Below, one piece after another: positions 1 through 12,861 of a stretch of DNA of 64,000 bases (position 1 is its first letter; every line of letters starts with the position of its first letter). The notes under the pieces were generated by a model. It had not been told where the DNA came from. It did no database searches and saw nothing but the letters and a program-made list of their open reading frames with translations. Made by a program: the position numbers and the translations under genes. This DNA comes from Takakia lepidozioides (taxonomy: Eukaryota; Plantae; Bryophyta), in NCBI GenBank assembly GCA_030704615.1, contig CM060732.1:64356001-64420000 (forward strand), written 5' to 3'.

Positions 1-1493
1 CAATAATATCTACAGCATTCATGGACTCCCGAAGGACATCGTATCTGATCGAGGACCATAGTTCATATCAAATTTCTGGAGGGGATTATTTCACATATTG
101 GATACTAAGATCAACCTTTCTACAGCTAATCATCCACAGACTGATGGTCAAACCGAACGTGTAAACCAGATTTTGGAACAGTATCTTCGCTGTACGATAA
201 ATTATCACCAAGATAATTGGACGGACCTTCTGTTATTGACTGAGTTTGCCTACAACAACACTATACATTCTTCGACCCAGCAAACTCCATTTTTCTCCAA
301 TTATGGTCATCATCCTCGACCAAACCCTTTCCACATGAAGACTGTTGGAAGCCCTGATGCAGAAAACCTTGCTACTCATCTTGCTACGATTCACATGGAG
401 TTTACATTCCACCTTGCAGAAGCTCAAAAACAATACAAGGAGTATGCAGATCAACGTCGTCAACTCCAACCCCAGTTCAAGGTCGGAGATCGTGTGTGGC
501 TTTTTCGACGGGACATACAAACCTCGCGACCATCAATGAAGTTGGATTATCAACGTCTCTGGGCCTATTCAAAATTATTCGACAAATAAATCCGGTCAGT
601 TTTCGGCTTGAACTCCCACGAAGTATGCACATCTATCAAGTCTTTCATGTTTCATTATTGGAGTTGTATCATTCATCGAATATTCCAGGGAGAGTCTCCG
701 TACCACCTCCACCAATCGAAGTCAATCAGGAAATTGAGTATGAAGTCGACGAAGTCCTAGACTCTCGCATCAAGTATAAATATCTTGAGTATTTCGTACA
801 TTGGAAAGGCTACGACATCAACGAACGAACATGGGAACCTTCATCCAACCTCGCCAATGCATCTGACAAAGTCCAAGAGTTTCATCAACGATATCCAGCT
901 CAACCCCGAGCTACACGTCAATAAGACGTCACAACGATGATGTCAGCCAAGTTAGCTTCAAGGTGAAGACTCCACATTCAATGTACCTGATACACGCTAA
1001 GGAGGGAAGAGCACCACACATCAGTATATATAGCTACACTTCCAACACTCTTGCATCTTGTATTGGCAGTATGGTGTCACAGGAACTAGATACATTGGAG
1101 TTGTCGCTTATCTAGCTACCAGATCAGTCGTTCCGACTCTCACGACCTTCAACATCACGCCGACGCTCTCGAGACGATGGGCCACCAATGCATCGCCGTA
1201 CGACGGCAAATGGATCCTACTCGAAGTCTGATAATTCTGTTGGAGGTTGAGGCTTCGGACCCAGAGGGCAACGAAATCATGTTTGAAGGCAGCGTCGAAA
1301 ATCAGAATACTCAAATCACTACGTGGTCCCAAGTTCAAGGTGTTGGACACTATCGATGGTTATAGGGACCTATAAATCATTTGAGTCAAGAACGAAGACC
1401 CGAATACTTGGCAAATACCATTCGCCGGATTTTGGATTTTCTCCAACTCTAAGCAAGTCCAAGATTTTACCGCTCCTCGAGGAACTCGACACT

Positions 1494-1504
1494 AGAGGAG
1501 GGGG
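1494..1504 (+). other. Polypurine tract of element A
   Basis: AGAGGAGGGGG, 3 nt before TGTCACGAG at 1508. Confidence 0.8.
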
Positions 1505-1507
1505 TGA

Positions 1508-2575
1508 TGTCACGAGCATAACCCTGAGGAACTTACCAGGAGTAAATACCAGAAGTTATCAAGTTACCATGACTTACCGATATTTACCATGATCTATCAT
1601 AATTTACCATTACTTACCAGATTACCGGGAGTTTACCAAATTACCAAGAGTAACTTGGGAAACTACTCAGGAAGCTTCCTTTGGCAAAAACCCACCAATG
1701 CGACACGTACTTTCTCGTCTGGATCACGTACGACGGCAAGTGGAGCCTACTCGAAGTCTGATAATTATGTTGGAGGTTGAGGCTTCGGACCCAGAGGGCA
1801 ACGAAATCATGTTTGAAGTCAGCTTCGAAAATCAGAATGCTCAAATCACTGCGTGATCCCAAGTTCAAGGTGTTGGATACTATCGATGGTTGCAGGGACC
1901 TATAAATCATTTGAATCAAGAACGAAGAGCCGAATACTTGGCAAGTACCATTCGTCAGATTTTGGATTTTCTCCAACTAGGAACTTACCAGGAGTAAATA
2001 CCAGAAGTTATCAAGTTACCATATTACCTGAAGTTACCATGATTTACCATGATTTATCATTACTTATCAAGTTACCGGGAGTTTACCAAATTACCAAGAG
2101 TAACTTGGGAAACTACTCATGAAGCTTCTTTTGGAGGAAACTTCTCCATCAAGATACCTCATTTGTTTAAGGAAGCTTCTCCATCAAGAAACCTTTGTTT
2201 AATCTTGAAAACTTCTCCAGCAAAAAACCTCCATAGGGGAAGCTTCTTGGGGAAGCTTCTTAGTAGCCAATATATATAAGACATTGTTCAGACTGGACAT
2301 TCTTCAGTCTCGCCAACACCAGTTCAAGCTACTCTTGTTTCCAGTTCCCAGTACTCTAGCCCAGTTTCCAGTATCTGGTACTCTAGTCCAGTTTCCAGTA
2401 TTCCAGTATTCAAGTCGTGTTCCAATATCTTGTACTCTTGTTCATTGTTATAAAGATTGTCTTGATTCCTATTTACTCATCGTGCATTCGGCCACGCCGA
2501 CCTTGACTTCTTGTCTAGCCTTGTACCTCTAGTCTTATCTCTCGTTTGTGTTCAGTCATGTTCTCGTCCTTGACA
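1508..2575 (+). repeat. 3' LTR of element A
   Basis: Starts TGTCA just after the PPT. Ends TGACA at 2575, exactly where an unrelated gypsy pol frame (PPKRRVDYKIEV) resumes. TATA-like TATATATAA near 2271. Confidence 0.75.
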
Positions 2576-4205
2576 TCCTCCAAAGAGAAGAGTAGATTAT
2601 AAGATTGAGGTTGTTCCAAGTAGTACTCTTTCTTGTAAAGTCCCTTATCAATTAGCACCAAACGAGTTGGAAGAATGTAAGGCTCAAGTCGAGGACCTAC
2701 CATCAAAGGGCTTTATAAGACAAGTGTATCCCCGTATGGAGCGCCGGTATTGTTTGTGAAGAAAAAAAATGAAGCAATGCGCATGTGCATTGATTATCGA
2801 GCACTCAACCAGCAGACAGTGAAGAACAAGTACCTATTATCACGCATGGACGATCTATTTGACCAACTGCGAGGAGCAAAATACTTTACGAAGCTTGATT
2901 TGAGGAGTGGATACAACCAAATTCGAGTCGCTGATGAAGATGTATATAAGACCGCCTTCCGCACTAGGTATGGACATTTTGAATACATGGTTATGCCATT
3001 TGGTCTCACCAATGCCCCAGCCACATTCATGGACCTCATGAATGTTATCTTCCGCCCATTCTTAGATAGATTTGTGATAGTATTTTTAGATGATATTTTG
3101 ATATGTAGTAACAACTTGTCGAGCATAGAAACCACCTCAAACAAGTACTACAAGTTCTCCATGAGAATCAGTTATATGCCAAAACATCTAAATGTGAGTT
3201 TGGAAAACAAGAAGTAGATTATCTTGGGCATCGCGTGAGTAGGAAAGGAATTGAGGTGATGAGTGAGAAAATAAAAGCTATTTAGCAGTGGATAGCCCCT
3301 GAGGACATTACCCAATTAAGGAGTTTTCTTGGCCTTACCGGATTCTACAGACGATTTGTACGGGCATTCTCGAAGATTGCCCAACCATTGACAAATCTTT
3401 TGGATAAATGAATTAGATGGAAGTGGGCTACAGAAGAGGAGTTAGCATTTCATGCCTCGAAGGATGCGTTGCTTCATGCCCCGATCTTGAAATGGTATGA
3501 TCCGACAAGACTAATCAAGCTCTTGGTAGATGCGTCAGGCTTAGCAGTGGGTGGGGTGTTACAACAAGAATGGGAAGACGGATGGCACCCAGTGGCATAT
3601 TTTTCTCGCAAATTGTTACCCGTGGAACAAAATTACCATATAATCGCACAAGAAAAATTGGCTATTGTTTTGGCTACAAAACATTGGAAGCACTATTTTG
3701 GAGACAAAGAATTCATAGTAGAGACAGACCATAAACCATTGGTGTACTTGGAGACACAGAAAGATCTATCGAAGAGACAGATTCGTTGGGCGGAGTGGCG
3801 ACAACAATTTAACATGAAGATCGTCTATGTGGAGGAAAAACGGCAATTGGCGGATGCAATGACAAGGATGCCGCGCATGAATACATTGACAGAGATCAAC
3901 CTTCAACCCGATTGGTGGAACAAGATAGCGACGACTTCTAAAGATGATGGGGAAATCGTGGACGCTAAGAAGAAGGGCAAAGTGACAGAAGTTCGAGGGT
4001 TGGTATTCAAGGAAGATAAACTTTGGATCCCTGATGAACATGCATTGAAGACAAAAGTTTTGTTTGAAGCTCATGATACGACGATAGCAAAAATGTTGGA
4101 GTTGAAAAAACATTCGAATAACTGAAACGAACATTTTATTGGCCACGGATGCGAGACGAGGTGGAGTCATACGTTCGAAGTTGCATGAAATGTCAACAAA
4201 ACAAG
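2576..4205 (+). pseudogene. Degenerate Ty3/gypsy pol B (RT, RNase H, integrase zinc finger), host of element A
   Basis: [70 protein letters not shown] and CMKCQQNK. Contains frameshifts and stops and is truncated at about 4205. Confidence 0.9.
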
Positions 4206-5099
4206 TTGTCAAGTTAAATAAGCACAGTGTGAAAACAGCTAGAATAAAACACTTGGATTTAGGTCAAGTGTTAAATCAGGTGTCAAGTTTAGTTTGACAC
4301 CTGGTCCGTCTTATCTTCACGAGAGCGGCAGTCGCGCGGCTCATCTTTCTCGAGTTGAGCCTGCGCGACCAAGCTCCTGCATGCGGTTAGATTTGAGTGT
4401 GCTTATGTAGGGGTACAGGTTGTTGTGGGGTGGAGTCCCCATAGCTTGGGGTGCCCCTGGCTCGACTACTATTTCTAAGAGTGATGGTTTGGTTTTCATG
4501 TTTTGTGTAAACAGTGTGTTCGTTGGTTTTCTATCAATACAAATAATTGTGGCAGACTACTTTATTGTGCATATATGTGTGGTGTGGTTTGGACAGCGAT
4601 GTAGTTGTGTAGCGATATGTATGCGCACGACAACTGGTCCAGATGACATTTGCATCACAATAGATGGCCCAGCAATGCAGTTTGCTTCAGCCGTGCACGT
4701 CCCCAACAACAACTCCTCTGTATTGTCAAGTTATTTTACCACTAGTGTGAAACTAGCTAGAAAATAGTTAGTTTTGATGTGCTGAATTGCAAGAGGCCAC
4801 AGGGGGCAGAAGTCCATCACAATCGAGAAATACCTGACTGCTAGCAAGGTCCATTTCAAGTTGAGTCATGGGACCTGGTTGGGGGCAAAGAATGTCGGCA
4901 GAGACATCTGCAGAAGTATCTTTGTCATGGGGGTCAAGGACGTTTGTGCCGACGTCCACATCGTCTGCACAGGCAGGTTTTGCTGTGGGTGCAACTGTAA
5001 CACTGTCCACCACAGCAGGAAGGGGGCCATCTTAATTGTGAAGTTGGCTGTACCAAATCACCTGCACGCGGAGGGCTACCCACGTTCTTGGAGGCAATG

Positions 5100-7482
5100 T
5101 CAGTCGCATCCACCAACACGTGGATATTTGTATCCCTTGTGGGGTAGCGGGGGGACGATCCATTGCCTACTCTGGGAAGGAGAAGCAACCCCAACGCTAC
5201 ACGAGTGCGTATTCCCCAGCCTGACAAAAGCAACAGCATCTATAGATTTTTGCGCACATTGGAATGCCTCATTGACTTCAGAGTCATTGTAATCAAGAGA
5301 GTCTGCACAAGTCCAGGTGGAGTACACTTAAGCACCTCTTCCATTTCAAAACAACACACATACTTACGCGTACAAAGAAGACATTGTAAAAACATCCACA
5401 TTGTAATGACTATCGTGCAAAGGATGGACATTTCACCTACCTGGATCCCGACCAATCCAACCCAAGTCAAGATCATCTTGATACTTCAAGGCAGCTTTGA
5501 GATCCTGGAGGGCCTTATCAACACCATGTCCTGGCAATCCCACCCCACACCACAAGACCTCCTGCCAGTCGACAAGGTCATGTGCAGTTTCGAGCACCCC
5601 CCTCTTGACCTCCTCGTAGGGGGCATGCCACCATACAATAACTGTCCAAATGACATGAAATTCGCTGCAACATTTCTAATCTTACCCTCGCTGGTGTATA
5701 GAAGTTGCTCAAGGAGTACATGCAACACTGAGTTCCTGGGTGTGGACAGGGGAGTAGACGCATCAACATGGCACATCCAAATCAAGCGTAAAACCCGCAT
5801 GAAAGGGGGCACATGGGGGCTCTCCCACGGGTTCATTGATGACGATAGAAGGTCCATGAGCTTGTGGGCTTCTTGTTTCAAATGATTGTAAATATAAGGC
5901 ATGTCCGGGAACTCAACCATCTTGAGAATTCTAAACAAGGGCAACCAACCCCATTTAGCCTCGTGTAATTCATCATGTGTTACCCTCTCCCATTTGGCCA
6001 TGCGAGCCTCCACATACTGACGTCTTCGAGCCTCCAACCTAGCCAGAGCTGCAACCTCCTTCACTTCGTAATCATTGAGAGCAGCTCTATATTTGTTGTA
6101 TTCGACAACCGCAACGCATTCACTGTACCGGCCAGCATGGTCAGGAGTGAAACCAAGACGTTTGGCAAACGAATTTAATGTCTTCTTCAAAAGCTCTGTA
6201 AGCTTAGGGGGCGGTCCACCGTGCTGCGACCACAGTCGTGCGCTAGGAATGACCCCACATTAGCATAGAACGGAACAAAATGAATGACAGTGAAGGATAA
6301 AAAGCATGCACCGGACAACAATATGCCATGGATGCAAACCAAATGTTTCATGTCCAATTACAAGTAATACAATATAATGAACACAGTCCCAATTCCGTGA
6401 TGTGCAAAATACTTGTTCAAAATGCAGAATGCATGGAGGTTCCAGTATGATTGAAATCACCACCATTCCAAACATTTGGGCAAAAAATATAGGGCGCAGT
6501 GAAATGAATGCATGGGATACAGTCGCAGCACAAGCATGTATCCATAAGCATGAAAGAAAATGATTGCAAGTAAAATTGTTGAGAGTGAGAAGGGGACATA
6601 CCATGAATTTCATAAACCATCTACCGTAGGCAGCACCCATCATACTGTCAACGAAATCAGGGGTCCCTGAGAGTTCCACAAGTCTGCGGTAAAATTCAGG
6701 GTCGTCGGGCGAAGCGAATCCAGGAGGCAATAGATTGAAGTCCATGAGGTAGCTAAGGCCTAGCCGTGAAACAACAACGGGTCTGGGTGGAAGAGCAACA
6801 TCAGACCGCAATCTCAAAGAAGCTGCTTGAAATGCCTCTGTGGCCTCGTCTCTATTCAGATCCCTAAGTTGATTTTTGTTAAGCAAATCTTCTGGATTTG
6901 GAGGGACGGTATGGTGATTGTTGGATTCCCAGGGTCCGTCCCCTGCCAGCGTCGTCTGTTTCTCTGGCTGGACAACTGTGTGCTCTGCAATGTTGCACTG
7001 CCCTAGCGCCACAGACTGACCCTCATTTTTTTGTAGATGCAAGCCCTTCTTCCGCAGCTTCAAAGGTGGCATGTTTGCGAATTCCTCATCACCGTTGTTA
7101 AGCAGCTCCATAACTGTATCGCCCTTATCCACGTCCACCTTCTGCGGACGGGAGTTTTTTCGAGGCGCCAGACCGTGCTTAGTGAGAACAGCCTTATAGA
7201 CCGCCCTCTGGGCCACCTCAAAAACAGGGTACATTTTGAGTTTAGGGGCACCCTTGTACTGACGAACATCACATCCGTTTATCCTATGAATGTGTTTAGC
7301 TTCTTTTTGTCTTTATAGATCCTATTACAGAAAATGCATTTGAAGGGCTTCCTGTTATTACAATCGGGTTCCTCAACCCTTGCCTTTGTGTGGGCCTTGC
7401 AGATCAATTCCTCCCACTTGTCGTCTTCGTACTCCTCCTGGTACACCCGACGGGCTTCCACCATGGTCAATTTTTTGACCAT
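5100..7482 (-). pseudogene. Unidentified multi-exon gene remnant with an N-terminal C2HC-type zinc finger (probably transposon-borne)
   Basis: Joining frames across a 1-nt frameshift near 7288 gives KPFKCIFCNRIYKDKKKLNT-HRINGC, which continues into the 6260..7234 frame. Plausible GT-AG introns at about 6626-6244 and 5441-5305. The 5486..6190 frame shifts again near 5600. No recognisable catalytic domain. Confidence 0.4.
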
Positions 7483-8642
7483 ATCGCAAGACCAAGTGGA
7501 GCGCCTCCACCACAGGTATCGGCAAGAGAAATGGTAAAAACGAGCTCCTGAAAGTAAACGGGATTCAGAGTGTGGAAGCAACGATCTAGGAGCGACGTAG
7601 CAAATCGACATGGAAAACAGAATGGACTACAGGCGTGTGCAACAGTGCTGCAAGAAGAAAGATAGTATGTACAGTGAAACCCTAAAGCAAAAACGAGGAA
7701 AGATTTGAACCTCCCCGCCACCCCGACAATGCCATACAAATTACCAGAGAATCTGAAGAGAAGGCCAATAACAGCAACGACAGCAGGAATGCGCACAATC
7801 GGGAGGCTGCTTCGTTTAACCCCGACAAAGGTGTGCAGCAGAAACATGGGGGACATGAGAGCAACTACTTACGGTGTGACACCAACCTGTGAAATCCTTT
7901 GCATGGAAAGAACGTCTCACTTGTTTTTGCACATTCTCCTCCACAGACTGAGGGCGGGGTCGATATGAAGAATACAGAAGCGTTCAAGCGACAGGAATAA
8001 TGCCGCAAAACGAGTGGACGTCAATAGTGAAGAGTGAAGCAAAACGTCTCGCATGCGGAGTGTCCTCGTCCGCATGAGTGCACGCACCTGTCAACCCCAT
8101 GGGAAAGTCCCAGGGACAACTGAATGTCTATGCTATGATTGCGCTCTAGGATGGTGCGTCTATGACGAGGCATTCATGGGGCATGCATGATGCATGTATA
8201 CAGTACTGTAATACAGGTCGGGGATGTATGACAGTGTTATGGCGAGGGATGGACCTGGCGCAAGGGCGGGGGGTGGAGGGGTTGGGGGGCGGCAGGCGCG
8301 GCGACCGCGGGCCGCGGCGGCACCGCGAGGGGGGTGCGGGGCGGAGGGCGGGGGTGGGGCCATGCAGGCAGGCCCGCTGAGGGAGCATTGAACTCCCGGG
8401 CCTCATTTATCACTTGCCTTATCATGATCTTAATTGGCATTGGAGAGGATGATGAAAACACTCTAATAAGTGGCACTGTGACTTGAGGGCCACGTACTTT
8501 GCTATACATTGTGAGGATGCAAGTTTGTCATTGCCTATGTTGGCATCAAGAAGGGGAAACACTTTGGTATGAGTTGTCATCTTTGGCTAACTCAGCCAAG
8601 AGCGGATATTGTATTTACAAATAAGTTTCATTTTTGCATAGA

Positions 8643-8688
8643 TCGGGTGAAGCAAAGACTACACTTGTAAAGTCTTTGCTTCACCCGA
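8643..8688. repeat. Perfect 18-bp inverted repeat (hairpin)
   Basis: TCGGGTGAAGCAAAGACT - 10 nt loop - AGTCTTTGCTTCACCCGA. Confidence 0.85.
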
Positions 8689-10858
8689 ACATAATGATGG
8701 TTGAAACAATGAGGTAGACTCTCACATGCAAGTGGGCTCATGTTGGATGAGCAAGACGTTGCAACTTACAAACATATCATTACCTAGATTTGTGAGTTAA
8801 ATAATGACAACCTGATCAAGATTATACAATGCACGAGACAATCGCCTCTGGCAGAAATATTGTTTGACAAATAATGACGAAAGAGATAAATTACATCGCA
8901 TCTTTGTAGTACCAAATGACAATGCAAAAGATATTTGTAGGTATAGATGAAATCTTAATATATCTTCTGCTTGAAGTTTTATGTTATTCGATACCTCAAG
9001 ATGCGATGTACGTTCTCTCTTTCGTCACTACTTCGCAAACCCTCAATGAATTTCCGCACAAGACGGAATGTCTCCATATTGCTGAGTGCATTGTGGAATC
9101 CTAGCCTCGTTGTCATAATATAAGACATTAATTTTAAGGTAATGATAGTTTGTAAGTTACAATGTCCTTTTCTTCTGAATCCCCATCTTCATCACCACAA
9201 CCTTGAAACAACCTCCTCCACATCTTTGGTGGAAAGAGTTTGTGTCACTTTCTCAAGCTTCCCCACCCAACTCAAGGACCTGCTGCTGCAAGGATCCATT
9301 GAACTTCAAATCTAAATCCCAAATTACTCTCTATCTCCACTCTTCTTCAACAAACACCCACCCTTCTTCCTATTAGTTTGACCTTTCATCTTGTCTATGG
9401 AGGTCAGCCACTTGATTCAAAGCTCTCTAGTTCTGCTGCAGTTGAATATTTTACGGAGGTTTGGATGTACAGGTTGGGCATTTCGCCTTGCGATTCTCAA
9501 ATACTCAAACATGGTAGATAATCCGATGACAAGGCCACCCAAATCTAAATCCTTGTCTGCGTCCGTGCGTGTCTGTCTGCACGGGATGTACAGTTGAGGT
9601 GATCTATTGGAGTATTGTTCAAATTTGGTGCTAAAATTTTTGAAGGTTGAGGCCCTCCAGCTTAAGAATCTGCAACTCGAGTCTGTGAAGTTGATAACAA
9701 GGTGCAGTGATAACAAGCTTGAAGATCTGCTGGGACAGGGTGAGTAAGTGCAAGCTTGTAGATCCCTGTGGACGAGCTTAAGGTCTCACTAATTCCCATA
9801 CAAACTCATACACCATAGCCAATTGGCACCTAAGAGTGTGACATAAACATAAGACATATGGATGTTGTTCCTGGTGTGTGGGTAGATGTTTTGAAACTGG
9901 AAAAGGAGGAGAAAGGCGAAGGAAGCATTTGCAGTGCTGATTATGACTGCTGGCTGTCTATGCCAGTTTTGCCACCATATTTGAAACAATTGAGAAACTG
10001 CACAACCAGCATGACAAGATGGAGGTCAATCTGGAGGAGCTAAATGAACTACCCAAACAGTATTCTTTGATCATTCCTTTGCACACCTGGAGATGAAACT
10101 GTTCCAGACATATAGATTGACATGAAAAGAGACAAAACAAAGCATGAAAGAATTTCTGAACCTCCTCGAACAAAGAATATTGATTCTGTTCTAATGAGGC
10201 CAAAAGGAGCTATGGGACCAGAAGAAATTCTAACAAAGAGGAAGAATTGAAAGAAAATGTACAGCAGAGAGAGAGAGTGTGGGAGCTAGGACCTTGTGCT
10301 CCCAGCTTCATCTTGATACAAATATGACAGCAGATACATGGACTTCATTATTGGAGACAAGCATTTGGAAGTCACCCACTACAGCTCCACTCTATTAACT
10401 TTTCTGACTGTCAGTTTGTGCCTTGATCTGAAGTATGCACGAGCACCTGTGAGGGTGACCATAATTTGATAGTTGACATTCACCGAAAAGAGAGAATTGC
10501 TAAAATGCTTACAACCATAGAAGCCGGGTAGGCTTAGGAGGAGCAGGCAGCAGTGGGAGGAAAGGACGATGGCCGAAAATTCAATGGAGATATCATAGCT
10601 GAGACTTGACCATCTGGAGCGAAAAAACATAAAGGTAAGTATGTTGCCCTGGTGGCAGCTCGAGCTAGAAATGCATGCAGAGAGGTAAGCAGGAGGGATT
10701 TGCTGAGTTACTGCATTCCTCCCATTCCTCTGTTCATATGCAAAAGAAAAAGAGGCAAAAGCCTGCTTGAATCACCTCAGCAGATCTCTGGATAGTCACA
10801 GTGATGTTGAAGTCCCTAACAACAGTCACATTACCCTTTCAGAAAGGCCAACCAATAC

Positions 10859-11917
10859 CTAGACAGAAACTGCAGGCTCCTTCAGCCGTCTGACAACATA
10901 AACATTTCCCCTGTTTCCTCTTGAAATCCGAAGCTCCTCGTCAAGATAGAGATAATCCAGCCAACCTTTCGCAGAGGGCAGAGGAATAGTCGCGTATCCT
11001 TTCTCGTCCATGCTGGGATTTGCTTCCTGGAAAAGCTTCTTCCATGCTTCAAGATCGCTCTCCCTCTCAGGGTGGAGCGGCCTCATAGTGACAGAGACAA
11101 ACACTATATCCTTTCGATTAGGACCTGCGATATCGAACTTTGCTTTATTGATTATAAGGCCTTCAAGTGGCGGGGTAGCTGACGCAGCCCCCTCAGAATT
11201 CTTCAAAGAAAATTGCGTGATCAAGGAGTAATCGTCGGCGCTTCCTTGCGCCACATGATTATAGATCTCGTTGACCGAAATTTCTTGATCCACGGGCTTG
11301 AATGCATTGAATGTTGTCCTTCCAAGTGTAAGATACGAACCAAAGGCACTTGCAGCGTTCTGCCCTTCTCCAAATCGTCCTGTACCTTTCAGAGTAGCTC
11401 GAATGGTCTGGAAACATCCTTCATACAACTCTGGGCATCTAGTGGCTTCTGGCGTTGGATTGAGCTTCTCAAGGCATGAAACAAGTGCCAGGCAATCCTC
11501 AGTGAGGGTTCCATCTGTTTCCTCTATCAGATTGAGCAGCTGTTGCTTCACCTTTGATCGCTCCTCCGTGTCTGTAGTGACATTGGGCGAATTTCTCCCA
11601 GACAAACAACGACTCTCAGATTGAGAAAAATTCTTGTGGGCAGACATCAATTTAGTTCCAAATCGCCTTCCCTGGCCAATCAAGGGCATTGATGTAGCTG
11701 ACGAAGAATCCTTTGAGGCTGACAGTGGTCCCCCGGAACCCACATTACAAGACGTCAGAGAGACGACACCCTGTGCCGAAAAGGGAGAATGTGATGATCT
11801 CTCACCATTGTCCCGCCCTTGAAAACAATCACTCCTTGTGTTACGAATCACTGAACCACACACGGAACTGTGACTACAAACCAGAGAATTACCGCTATGT
11901 AAGACTCTGTAAGCCAT
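10859..11917 (-). CDS. PAP/fibrillin (plastid lipid-associated protein) family, intronless, with putative plastid transit peptide
   Basis: Ser/Arg-rich N-terminus, KQQLLNLIEE...LVSCLEKLNPTP, and the C-terminal fibrillin signature GWLDYLYLDEELRISRGNRGNVYV. First ATG is at 11917; the ORF-track start at 11941 is GTG. Confidence 0.88.
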   Translation of the reverse strand: MAYRVLHSGNSLVCSHSSVCGSVIRNTRSDCFQGRDNGERSSHSPFSAQGVVSLTSCNVGSGGPLSASKDSSSATSMPLIGQGRRFGTKLMSAHKNFSQSESRCLSGRNSPNVTTDTEERSKVKQQLLNLIEETDGTLTEDCLALVSCLEKLNPTPEATRCPELYEGCFQTIRATLKGTGRFGEGQNAASAFGSYLTLGRTTFNAFKPVDQEISVNEIYNHVAQGSADDYSLITQFSLKNSEGAASATPPLEGLIINKAKFDIAGPNRKDIVFVSVTMRPLHPERESDLEAWKKLFQEANPSMDEKGYATIPLPSAKGWLDYLYLDEELRISRGNRGNVYVVRRLKEPAVSV

Positions 11918-12861
11918 CAGTGCCAACTCTTCGGCTCTCACTAGTGCCCCAGAGATCTACTACAATCTCTTCCACAACTCAAAAGCTTTCACTTTGCAAC
12001 AGCTCCGAAACTCTGCAGACCTCTACCAAGTGCTCCCTCTGTTGCTCACCTCTCTGCTTTCTCCTCCACACATAACACCCAAGAATCGAAACGAAGAGAG
12101 CAAACAAGTTAATTATAAAGAGACATACTTCATACCGTTCTAGTCTCTTGTTGCACCGCTCCCCTGCACTCTACCACTGTAAAGGATCTGAGAAGAACTC
12201 CTGCCAATGCTGTCCATGTTCCAAAACATGAAGCCTTACCAGCGCTTGATCATCCAAGTCTCTGGCATAAGCTCTTCAGGATTTCCCTTCTGTTGCCTTT
12301 CTAAACACAGGCAACAGAACCTCTTGAGTCTTGAGATGCGATCGACACAGGTAAAGTATGTGGGTGTCAAGTGCCAACGCCGGATATTAACTTTTTTAAT
12401 ATGCGGGTTTTTTTTCTTCTTCTCACGCCGTTTTTTTTTATTGGCGAATTTTCGCCAGATTTCGACCTCAAAAAATAAAATGGAATAGTCTGTCGCAAAT
12501 TCCCTGTTTTCTCATGGATGAAATGACCAAATTTTCTTCAATAAAAAAATAAATTATGGATGAAGTCGCCAAATATGGATGATATACATGGATTAAAGTA
12601 CAGAGATGGATGAATTGAAGTGGATGAACAGAATGTACAGCTATTTTTTTTGCAAAACTCTGCAGCCAGTCTGTGCTGACGCCATAGCAATCCGCATATT
12701 GAGGGTGTTGCCCACGCTAAGTACGATCCTCTGCAGCATCACTAAGTGGCGGCAGATCCAAGTGCTTGGTGCTGATCCGGGCCGGCACGTGGCACGCTAC
12801 GATGCGCCGAGATCGCCTCGTTCGCTCCGTTTCTAGTTGCTGCGCATCCCGTAGCGACTTA

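Larger units (their letters stand above)
1..2575 (+). mobile_element. Ty3/gypsy chromoviral LTR retrotransposon A, 3' part (integrase C-terminus + chromodomain, PPT, 3' LTR)
   Basis: ORF 98..589 has the integrase motif HPQTDGQTERVNQILEQYLR...EFAYNN. ORF 496..924 has FHVSLLE and the chromodomain EYEVDEVLDSR...YFVHWKGY...TWEP. A frameshift near 560 separates them. Purine tract at 1494-1504 is followed by an LTR with TGTCA...TGACA ends. Confidence 0.9.

Noticed and set aside
9391-10100. Possible F-box/LRR gene remnant (LEYCSNL...LKNLQLE)
   Set aside because: Too fragmentary, with stops and no F-box motif seen.
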